This document shows, piece after piece, positions 12,601 to 24,700 of a DNA stretch of 64,000 nt. The stretch comes from Octopus sinensis. Taxonomy: Eukaryota. The translations under genes and the position numbers were made by a program. Every line of letters starts with the position of its first letter. The first letter of the stretch is position 1. The notes under the pieces were generated by a model. That model did no database searches, had not been told where the DNA came from, and saw only the letters and a list, made by a program, of their open reading frames with translations. Where the stretch lies: assembly GCF_006345805.1 (NCBI RefSeq), contig NC_042997.1, positions 88,660,001 to 88,724,000 of the forward strand, written 5' to 3'.

Positions 12601-15600
12601 GCACACAAACACACATGCATACAAATAAGTATATTTGTATATTATCTCACCATTGACAGACAATAAGCATTTGGGTTGAAATCTGAACCTAATGCAATGG
12701 CCATTCCTGTATTTATCATTTTAACAACATCTGGTGGTTTCAGTCGTAGTATGTAAGCTGTAGTGGGTAAAATGACTCCAACAGAACCAGCTTTTGCCAT
12801 CGCTTGCATACCTTCATCAGAAATTTCTTCAAGATGGCTTATGGCAAGAGCACCAAGCTGAGCTCCCATCTATAGAAGAAGAATCAAAATATTTGAAATC
12901 ACACAATAATGTGTCCAATAAGGAAAATATCGAAATTATAAAAATATACAGAAGTTAGTTTAGGACAAAGCTAACATTATACATTTATGCACTTCTTTAT
13001 AGAATCTCTGTAGATAAATACTTTTAAGTTCCCATAACTTAACAATTTAGCAAAAGAAATCAGTAGAACAAGTATCGGACTTAATTTGTTCAATTAAGGT
13101 GGTACCTCAGCATGGCCACAGCCCAATGACTGAAACAAACAAAAAAATAAAACATAACACACACACACACAGACATTTAATCAAGGTCAGATTAGTCTTT
13201 CATTACTCAAGCTTTCAATACAATAAGTACCTGTAATATACTGGTTTCAGTTACATTAATTAAGTATCACAACAAATGTTAATCTGAAGGGTATCAGTTA
13301 ATAGAAAGCCCACTATTTTCCTTTATCTTATTCTAGAGTCTGTTTAAAAGTTTCCTTGGTAGTAGAAATGTGAAACACAAATCTGAAGCATTTATTGAAT
13401 AAGTTACAATACAGTGAAGTTATCTAGATATGTTTCTCTAGCATACAAAACATTGTCCAAAGGCTTAAGTGTCTGATAAATATTTTCCTTAACTTTGCTT
13501 TTGAGTAATAATTATGGTAAATCAATTTTAAAATGTCCCTGACCTCAGCTCCTTTAAGTGGGTTAAGTTCATCTCCATGGAAATTAATTGCAAGTCCACA
13601 TTTTTGACCAGCTTCTAAGATGGCTCTAGATTGGTTGATATCAAATACAAACTTTTCACAGAAGACATCAATGTTGTCAACATGTAGTTTCCCGGAATCC
13701 ATTAGTTCTTTAACACGAACAAGTTGATTATTTATTACATCATATGTTGCTTCTTCAGCAGTTTTATCTCTAAAATAAAAAACAAAAATTATTTTTTTTA
13801 AATTTGATAAAAAATCTTTAACTTTACTATCATACAATCATTTTTCTGCACTGGCTTGTATAAGTTTTTCGACACTGAATATTTGCATTTGTTGGGACAT
13901 TCATTATTACAGCAGCAAGTATGTTTTAATGTTAACCACTCAACTATGAAGCAGGAATGATACCTGTTTGTCAACTATACCTTAGTAAATACAGGGTGTT
14001 CAAAAGGTCTCTCCACTGTAAGTAATTTATTGCAAAATATTTATAAGATGGTATAAGACTACAAAAGAATATATTAGACTTTACAAGACTTTAAAAAACT
14101 TTATATGAGGTGTTGAAAGTGCTGTCCTTCATATTCAATACATAAGTTGACTCTTCTACACATGTTTTGAAATACATCTTGCAGAGTTAGGATGAAAAAC
14201 AATTCACTGCAGAGAGATTTTTTGAACACCCTATATATTTGTTTTCATCATATAGTGTTAGAAATAATCTTTAAAATTTGAAAAGTCATTGATAGATGGT
14301 ATCTGATAGGTGTAGTGACTAGTCATGCTATATATACATTTTTAAAATAGCAAAAATAACATAATTTTGTTTCTACAGTGTTGCCCCTGAGGGAAGAAAC
14401 TTGTACATGACAATGTTTTGCTATTCTAACCATGGGGCATAGGTGAAATATGTTATTTTACAGTTATAAATATTTATTGGTTGGTAAACTAATAAAAATA
14501 GTTGGATTTTGTACTCTATACTTTATTATATTTTTTTCCATCTCTTTATTTTGGGGTTTTGGATCCCATCAGTATTGGGTTGATAAAATATAAAGGGTAA
14601 AGGGTAAAGACCCCCTTGAGATATAAATGACCATGGGATTGCACCTAGAAAGTAACCCTTGAGGCACAAGTTTGGGCAAGGTTGTTTATGAAAGATCAAC
14701 AGTTGCCCATGCATACCAGCCTCCCCTCTCCATACCACTGATGTTATCCAAAGGAAAGTTAAAGGTTAATGCAGCTTGGCACCAGTGATGTTGCAACTCA
14801 TTTCTACAGCTGAGTGAACTGGAACGATGTGAAATAAAGTGTCTTGCTCAATAACACAACTCAGTCCAGGAATTAAACTTAGTACCCCGAGGAAAAAATT
14901 AGCAAATTTGCATTTAAATACAGAAATATAAGTCATCAAATTGAATACCATAGTATATCTAATTCAACTTTGATTTACTTATATTAACAGACTATCATAC
15001 CTTTGTTTGAAATGCCAATTGGAAAGACTGTCATAACTGCCATAGAACCAGTATTGTAGGAGAGAAGTGCAACTAATTCAATTAATTACAGTATGTCACT
15101 AGTACTTATTGTTTGGCTTCAAAAAAAGTTAAATTCAGCTCAAATAAGATTAAATGCAAAAAAAGGAGGAATTAAATTAAATGTTCTGGTATATCTTATT
15201 TGGTACCTTATTATTTCACCCAACATACTATTCTTCACCAGTGACAATATTGAAAAAATTAACATCACTGAAGGAAGTGATGTGACATTGCTGTTTTTGA
15301 GAATAGAGAAATCCTTGTTAGTAATAGTTAAATAATTGAAAGAATGTTTTAAAATATCTACCACATCATCTTAAGTTTTACCCAATAATTTAATTTTTCC
15401 AGAGCACCCAACAATTTACATTAAAAAAAGACCATAGAGGCTTTCAGATCTTTAGTGGTGTTGATTTAAAAATATATCAGCTAAGAAAAAGGTACACTTT
15501 TTTACTTTGGTACTGCATGAGCTCCACAAAAAGTGCTTGATATATCAATAGGGACCTCTTTCCTGGCTCTCTCTATCACTGTAAGCATCTTGACTTCGGT

Positions 15601-18600
15601 ATTTGTGTTTAAACCATAGCCTGACTTGCACTCCACCAATGTCGTCCCAGCCTGTAACATCTGCCACAGTCTCTCCTTTAAACTTTCAAGTAGTTCATCT
15701 TCTGAAGCTTTCTGAGTATGCTCCACAGTGAAGTGGATGCCTCCACCAGCTTGGTGTACTTCCATGTAACTAGCACCAGACAACTAAAAAGGAAAGTACC
15801 ACATTACCACATGAAAAAAAAAATGTAAATCAATATTTTAGTTTCATAATCAAGAGTCTGTTAGTCATTTGTTTGGGCTTTTAATGTCTCTAGAACTGTT
15901 TTGGCAATTGGTTACAGATTGTGGTTTTAAATCAATAAAAAAATCAATTAAAAAAAACACCAGTTGTAAGTATTTAGATAAACAGGTGCATTGCATCAGT
16001 AAGTATATTACCCAGAACAGAACATCTGCTATTGATTTCAACTCAAGATCAATGGTTGTTTAACACTTTAATTACATTGTCATTGCTTTTAACAAATGTG
16101 GGTATTTACAGGGTGGGTACTAAAAAGTTCCTGGCTTTAAGGGTATCATGAAAAGCCTAGTTGGAGGCCCATCCTTCTGAGTTCTCTTACAGGGCTTAGA
16201 AAAACTGAAGGACCACTGCAATAAGTGTGTGAATCTGAGAGGAGAATATGTTGAATAAAATCATAATTAATCACCCTGTATTTTCTTTTACCCAAAGCCA
16301 GGAACTTTTCAGCATTCCCTCAAACATATGAATATACTTCCTCCCTGCCCGTCTGTCCAAACATATAAATAGTGCATTATATAGATCTTCACAACAATCT
16401 CTAGTTCACCACATAAACAGTATATCAGACAGAAATTTAGTTCATGTTTCTGGATTACCTATGTGAACTGTTCAAATAATTTTTTCAAACTTTTATCTCT
16501 AATCTACCTATGTTAACTGTTTCTGAGAGGATAGCTTACTTCTAATGCCTCATGTTTAAATATTCAGACAATTTTTTACATTCTTATTGTAATTTATCTA
16601 GGTTATTTCCAAATTGCAGTTTGTCCATGTTATCTGTTTATCAAATTGTTATTTAAGTCCTATATCTAATCCTCCAATATTAACAGTATGTTTAGTTTTC
16701 ACGTGAAGATATTAAATGTTAAGAATGAAAAGAGTTCTGTTGAAGTATATTTTAACTGTTACCTTCATAGCAAATTCATGAACCCTGTCCCCAGCCCACA
16801 CTGGGTGTGTGTGCGCATCTACAAAACCTAAAAGAAAAGAAACAAGCATATGATAAAGCAAGAATCATTTCCCCCTAAAATAATAAATTGATAAATGAAT
16901 AAATACTTTAATTAAAAATAATATTTTTAATCCTTTTGGAGCTGATAAAATAGAGTACCAATTAAGTATTGGAGTTGATGTAATCAATTCCACTTACTGA
17001 AAAATTGCTGGCCTTACACAAAATAGGTGGCATTTCTTTCCGTTTTTTGTTCTGAGTTTAAATCTTGTCAGCTTTGCCTTTCATCCTTTTGGGGTCATTA
17101 AAATAAGAGACCTTCAAGCTGTGGGATTGACACAACTGATTTACTCCTCTAAAAATTGCTGGCCTTGTTCCATAATTTGAAACTGTTATTATTATCAAGG
17201 CAGTAAGCTGGCAGAATCATTAGCATGCTGGACAAAATGCTTAGTGCCATTTCATCTTACTTTACATTCTAACTTCAAATTCCACTGTGGTCAACCTTGC
17301 CTTTCATCATTTCAGGGTGTTGATCAAATATATATCAGCTGAGCTCTGGGGTCAATGTAATCAACTTAACCCCTCCCCACCAATTTTAGGCCTTGTGTCT
17401 ATAGTAGAAAAGATTATTATTATTATTATTATTATTATTGTTATTATTATTATTATTATTATCATTATGATTATTATTAAGGTGGTGAGCTGGCAAAAGT
17501 ATTAGCATGCCAGGTGAAATGCTTAGCAGTATTTCATCTTTCTTTATGCTCTGAGTTCAAATTCTGCTGAGGTTGACTTTGCCTTTCATCCTTTCAGAGT
17601 CAATAAAATAAGTACCAGTTGCGTACTGGAGTTGATCTAATCATCTGACCCCGCCCCCAAAATTTCAGGCCTTGTGCCTTAATGTAACATCTTGGAAAAG
17701 TTATTGCCTACATTGATATGCATGGTGTAAAATGTGTCATGATGCATTAAAACAATTTGAGTTGAAAAACCAGAACAACAGACACATTTGTCCAATCCCA
17801 GGCAAAATCAAAAGCATCAGTGTCCCCATTGTGACTTCATAGTAAAATCTATTCTTGGACTCAAATTACATACACACATCCATCACAAATAGATGCAGCT
17901 TCTTTATTTTTAAACCTTTTTTTCTAAAATCCTTTCCTTCAAACACTCATATTCCCAAATCGAATTATTATAATCATTATTGCTCTATAAGGATAGTGGA
18001 TTGGCAGATTCGTTAGAGCATTGAGAAAAATACTTTGTGGAATTTGTTCTGGTCCTTTACATTCCGAGATCAAATTTTTCGCATGTAAATAATAATAATA
18101 AAATTATTGTGTACAGTACTCAGGTGCACTACAACTCATCAAAGATGCATGTACAGTACATAGAATTATGTTCAAAATCTCTCGTGGAGGCGCCATCCAA
18201 CTAAAATGCAAATATATGGGAAATTACCACCTGTGTCATCTCTTGTGAAAGGTAGGAGAGTCCAGTTTGCTGGACATTGTTGTAGAGCTGAAAAAGAAGT
18301 AATTTCTACTCTTCTCCTCTGGAAGCCATCTACTCGCAACACCAGAGGGCGCACACTCTCCTACCCTGATGTAATCTCCAGGGATACAGGCATCCAGCAA
18401 CAGGACCTCCGTAATGCTATGATGGACCGTGAAGTCTGGCGCAACATGGTAAATTCCATTGTCTCGACCACGGTCGAACAATGATGATGATTATGTTCAA
18501 AAGTCAGGAAAGTAAACAGTATATGAGTCATGATATAAAGGGTTGGCCAAAAGTCACCTGACAGTAAACCAAAACCATTTAATTCCAAGATTAAAACAAA

Positions 18601-21600
18601 AAATTATTTTATATGAGACTAATAAATAGACAAATGCTGAAAAAAAAAAACAGTGATTTAACTCACAGTATTCAATTATTAAACATTCATTGTTGGAATG
18701 AATAAATAAAATTAAATATTAAGTATTTATAGAATTTTGATTTACTGTTGGGTGACTTTTGGCCAACCCTCTACATGTGTGCATACATATGGAGGTGGAG
18801 ATATCAAGTGTAGTGTTGGCAAATTTCAGGAAGCATGGAGGTCTTAAAGGATGCAGTGTCTCAGCAACTAACAACTGATGCTGGTACTTTGTTTCATGCT
18901 TCAGCAACTCTGAATGTGAAAAAATGTTTCCAAAAGACATGGGAGCTGTGCTGTTTCCTGACTTTGTAGGAAGCCTACACATGGAATTTAAAAAGGTACT
19001 CAAGCTGGTTGTTGGCACGATGGTTAATAATATTGTGGCTATTTACCAAGTCAGTTGCCAGACATTGGAGCTTCAATGTATCTATGCCCAGGGAAGCAAG
19101 GCATTCAGAGTATGGTAGATGCCTGATGGAGGATATTCACTTAGTTGCATATCTCTGAACAGTTTCCAGGAGGTCAATGTCCTGAACATGATAGAAATTC
19201 CAGATCAGTGATGCAAATTCCAAGTGTGGCCACACCATAGCCATATACAGCCTTAAATAGATAGCTGGAGAGCGGCTGACAAAGGTCATGCTGAGTAATG
19301 CCAAGACACCCTTGGCCTTCTTGACAATTTTAGAGATGTGCTTTGTCCAGCATAAATCACTGCTGACAGTAATGCTCAAGTCATGTTCACAAGATTTCTT
19401 GATATTAGTGTTGTGAAGAGAGTATGTGAACACTGGGTTTTTCCTCCCAAAATGCATAGCGGTACACTTGTCCACAGCCAGCTTGAGTTACCGGTCCATG
19501 ATCTATTGTTGCATTGTGTTCAGGTCCAATTGGCGGAAAGATCTATAGTGTTCAGGACCTGACCTTTTTATCTCAGGGTACAGCTTGATGTCATCTGCTT
19601 GTTTCAGCACTGTGACATTCTTTAAGTTGGCATCTATGTCATTAATGTATGCAACAAACAAAAGGGGACCAAGAACAGAACTCTGCAGGACACCAGATGA
19701 CATCTCATAGAGTGAAAAATGCTGTCTTAAAACCGTGACCACCTCATTTCGGCTGAGAATGAAGGACTTCAATCAGTTAAAAAGATCATCTTTCATACCC
19801 ATTGCAGAGAGTTTTGCTATAAGTCTTTTGTGTGACACAGAATTAAAAGCTTTAGCAAAGTCAAGGTAAACAACATCCACCCATGAGTCACTATCAGTGA
19901 CCCAAGTGATGTCTTCAAGAAACTCAGTAAGTCGATCACAACAGCTGGAGTTAGGGATAAATCCAAATTGCATGTGCTGGGTAAGGCTGTGAGAATTCTA
20001 GAAGTTCCAGAGTGTTTCTCTGACACAAAATTCAATAAGTTTGGCAATGCAGCTAGTAAGACTGACTGGACGATAGTTGACAGGCAACATGCGGTCACCC
20101 TTTTCAAACAAAGAAATGACACTGGCAGTTTTCCACTGCTCTAGTGTAGCAGCATCATTATGACAGAACTGAAAGAAGAGCGAAAACTGGTGCAGAAGAA
20201 AGTACCCACCACATTTGAGAAGCAGATATGTAACACCATCAAGACCAGGAGAAGCATAGTTGCGCTTATTCTTAAGGTGACGTCGCAACATTGCAGGTGC
20301 AAATTCCACAGTTATTATGGAATTTGGTGTCAGAGGTGGTGGAAATAGTACGTTTTGGTTTTTGATAGTCAAAATGCCTGCATAGCATTCAGCAATGACT
20401 TCTGCACATTCTTTGGGATTGTCAGTAATCTAGCTTGTGTAGGAATTGCGAAGAGGACCAACTGGAGAGTGAGGTCTCTGCTTTGAATGTACATATTTCT
20501 AGAACACCTTATTGTCAGTGTTGGTTGCTATGCACTGCTCAAATTCAAGCACATGAAAATGGTTGGATGATTTATTGTACTTCTTCCTATCTATATAAGT
20601 GATTTATGCAGGTTGTATTCCTGTTCAGCATTACAATGTTCTTTCCTGCTACGTCTGACTATAATATTGTTATGATGTATTATTTTTATGGGGCTACATG
20701 TTTAAATGCCTTTTTTTATGTTTAGCACAGTTAAATGTATATAAGTTGTTTCCAAAAGGCTATTTAATTAAATAAAGTATTGTGTCTAAGATTACTTCAT
20801 TAGTTATACTTATTTACTTTATATTTTAAACAAACAAAACTATAAAAGGAAATTATTGATATTATTGATGTCTTAAATTTAGAAGAGTTCTAAATAGGAT
20901 ATCTATAAGGTGTCCAATTGTTCGGTCAAATACAATTTTTACCTGCAATATTCCTTATGGATGATTTAAAAGGACAAGTTCCAAAATATTTATACAGTTA
21001 AAATATCTTTTATTTCTTGTTAATAAAAAAATTATCATTTTATAATTTACATATCACAGTAAGGCAAGTAGACAGGTAATAAAAAAAACTATATTATTTG
21101 GCATTTAAATATGTCTAGTATTAAATCTACAAGAGTGTAGATTATTTAATTTACTCTAGCTAGTTTGTTGTCTTTAACTAGTTGAAAGGAAGGATTTTAG
21201 CATGACATAAGGCCCTTTGTTAAATGCCTAAGCAACATTTATGAAATATCAAAATAGATGTTTCTCACTTATAGCATAAAGGATGAAAATGAGTGATTAA
21301 GTAACAATGATTTACGTAGCATCTTGAAATCACTAAAAACCCCTTAAAATTTTGGGTTTTTATATCCTTCTACCAAAGGTTCTTTGAGTTTCTAGAAGTG
21401 TCTTGAATCTTAATTTTTGGAACAAAAACGGATAAAACGTTTTTATCTATATGTTAAACTGACCAATGATGCTAGACTTTCTAACATTATTTCATTGATC
21501 CAACTCAATTTGTGCCAAAGGAATATTTTATTGTGCTAACAAACTAATCTGCCTGAAGTTATGAATAAATGTCTTTATTACTGTATCACTATATATAGTC

Positions 21601-21684
21601 TGCTGCCAGAAATTGAGAAATTTTGACATATAACAGTACATTTGCACAACAAAATAAAAGTTTATATGAAATGTCCAATGTTTC

Positions 21685-21737
<53 letters not shown>

Positions 21738-24700
21738 ACATACATACACATATATATACATACTTTTGTTTCACAATGTTTTGCTATTCTCTTTTTTAGA
21801 ACATACATTTATATGTATATACAGAATGCAAAATTTTTTTTCTTTTAAATATACATTTGTATATGCACAACGACAAAAAAATTTTAAAGATAGATTTGTA
21901 TGTATATGAACAATGAAAACTTTTTTTTAAATATACATTTGTATGTATGCACAATGACAAAAAATTATTTAAATATACATTTATATGTATATGCACAATG
22001 ACAAAAATTATTTAAATATACATTTGTATGTATATGCACAATTACATGTTTACTCGGAACACTATTCTTTGGTGCAAAATTAATCAGGCTCACTCAACCC
22101 AAAGGAGAGCTGTGTCCCATTGTGGTCAGCTGCACCCTTCACCATCTCACTGCAAAGGTGTACTTACAATCAGTCTCTAGCTTATTGAAGGAAGAATTTT
22201 CCCCAACCCAGCTAGGAGTGGGCACCAAACTGGGATGTGAAGCTGCTGTCCAAGCTACCAGAGCCTATGTCAACTTGCCCTCCTTGTCACTCAACGTCAT
22301 CCTCAAACTTGACCTTAAGAATGCCTTCAGTTTCATCAGCTGTGATGTTGTCCTCAGCTCAGTAAGAGAGAACATTCCACAACTCTACTGCCTTGCATGG
22401 CAGGCTTATCGGGAGCCCTTCTATATCTCTTTTGGCGACCAAATCATCACCTCCATGTTAGGAGTCCAACAGAGTAACCTACTTGAGCCCGCTCTGTTTG
22501 TACTGAGCATTGATGACATCACCAAAACGAGCGTTGAGGTAGACCTCAATGTCTGGTATCTCAACAATGCTTGTTTGGGGGGACCTCCGTACAGGGCTCT
22601 TGCCATTGCTAACATGATGGTTGAGGAGCTTGGTTGCTGAGGTCTCCAAGTAAACAGCTCCAAATGTGAGCTCTGGATCCTCAACCACCTGGCTTCACAA
22701 CATCAACCAACTATTGACCTTTATATATATATATATATATATAGAAAGAGAGAGAGAGAGACATTCAACATTTCAAATAATTTTTTTCTTTTGTTTTCAA
22801 CTGGACATATTGTTGTAAATAGACTCTGTCAAACAAATTTTTTTTGTCTTTCAATGAAAAAACTTTTTTCTCTCTCTTTCTTTGAAATGTTATGAAGAAA
22901 TATAACGCAAATGTATTGTTATATGTTGAAATTTCTCAATTTTTGGCAGCAGACTGTATGTAGTAACATCATAATAAAGACATCTATTCATAAATTCAGG
23001 CAGATTATTTGTTAGCATGGCAATGAAGCCTCAGCATGCTATTGCTATGGTGGTAAGCTGAGCTGTAGTTGGATCACCATTTTAGCTCATGGTTCCATGT
23101 TAGAACCATTTGTCCATTTAATTTCAGGGTCACCAGTGCAACTTGATAACTGGGATATGAATATTTTGCCTATTTAGTCGGGCTGTATGGTTACATGCAT
23201 ATACTGTGGTTGGCTAAGAATTGAGTAGCTTCATATTTGTGTGTTGTGAAGCTGGAAAATTCTATATTCACTGTAGACAAATGACTTCTTTTCACCCAGG
23301 ACCAAACAATAACTAAGGAACCTGTCATCTCAGGAACCCCTGATACTTCTGCACAGATTGTCCAGTACCTCTTTATTTATAGCCACGTTTTATTTTACTT
23401 TTTTCATCTATGTTTTTCTTGATCAAGAAATTTGTTATTTTACCAGCTTCTTTTGAAGTAGTGGGAATACTGCTTTTGTGCTTTGCCGTTTCTAAGTATC
23501 GCTTGATGTCAGACTTCCTGCCATGTTCAGTACTGAAAGTGCAATTACATACACCACAGTTTTGTTCAAAACAGCTTCTGCCTTGTTTTAAAAATGTCCA
23601 TTCGCTGGAATATTCAACACAAAATTTACACTTATGTTTTGACATCTTGGGATGGATGGATTAGTTTTTAAGTTAGAAAAAAAAAGGGGAGGCGGGGCAA
23701 GTAGTAACAACACACTTTGTTGACAGTATCATGTTGCAAACACGTCAGTTTTGTGTAAACTTCTAGCAACACTAGTTTCCTCGTTACATTTAGTTTATTT
23801 TTATCAAGAGAATATGAAAAAAGAAAGCATAGGGATCTTTTCGGGTTGAACGGCAGTTTTTTCTAGCAGTGTCATATGAAATTGTCACCCATAATTATGA
23901 CCCTAGTATCGATCTATTGCATTTCAATCTGTTTTAGGGTTAGGGTTAGGATTAGGGGTGGGGGGAAGGGTTTATTTTCTTCTTCACAAATGTAAATAAA
24001 CCCAATCTGTTTCTTAAACGAGGGACATATTCATACGGCACAGAATGTTTTTAACCTCAATGGACGTAATTGATTGGTTGAAATTGCAGAAATTGAAGAA
24101 AAAAAACAACAAATATCTTACAAACTATAGAATTTTCTCAATAAAGCCAAGAGAAAAAGATGTTTTATAAATACATTCTACCAGAATACGAGGTTTAAAA
24201 TTTTTTAGTTACCTAGAAATTATGTTAAAAACTGTCGTTCAAACCGAAAAGATCCAAGCATAGTTACTTATAAGAACCGTAAGACGGTAGTAAAAAAAAT
24301 ATTTTTTGTACAAGATTTGAAAATGAACTTAATACCGGACATTTGGGGTGTCCCTGAAAGATCAGCATGGGACAGGGGACAAAATTATCAAATATAGGAC
24401 ACGTCCCGTATGTAAGGACCGTCTGGCAACCCAAACCTCGATCTAAACACGGTATGTAAAGTCGTAACTAAATACTGTGGGAACATTTTATCAGTTGCTG
24501 AGAGATTTAAGCAGTGAATGTAAAGAATTGTAACTAAACAGTTATAAATTATTCAGCCATACTTTAACGTTTCTGTGACACATCATTCTATAAATGTACA
24601 TGGTGGCGAGTATAACTTTAATTTTAAGCGCTATCAAGTACAGCCATAGCACCAGTACCATGGGAGATAATTCTGTAAATTATTTCTCATGAATTGCTTA

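Larger units (their letters stand above)
18092..20640 (-). mobile_element. CR1-group LINE, about 2-kb degenerate RT/3' end, with two nested insertions
   Basis: [25 protein letters not shown] (ORF 19998..20372), [42 protein letters not shown]; 3' tail shared with the other copies. Confidence 0.92.
21534..23018. repeat. Inverted repeat pair 21534-21645 / 22907-23018 (weaker extension to 21687 / 22761)
   Basis: 112-bp arms are reverse complements, by eye about 80% identical. Confidence 0.85.

Noticed and set aside
21799-22042. CRISPR-like array
   Set aside because: The units are contiguous without unique spacers, in a eukaryotic intron; it is a minisatellite.
23934-23966. Interstitial telomere or chromosome-fusion scar
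   Set aside because: Only about 4 units, lying inside a TSD-bounded MITE.
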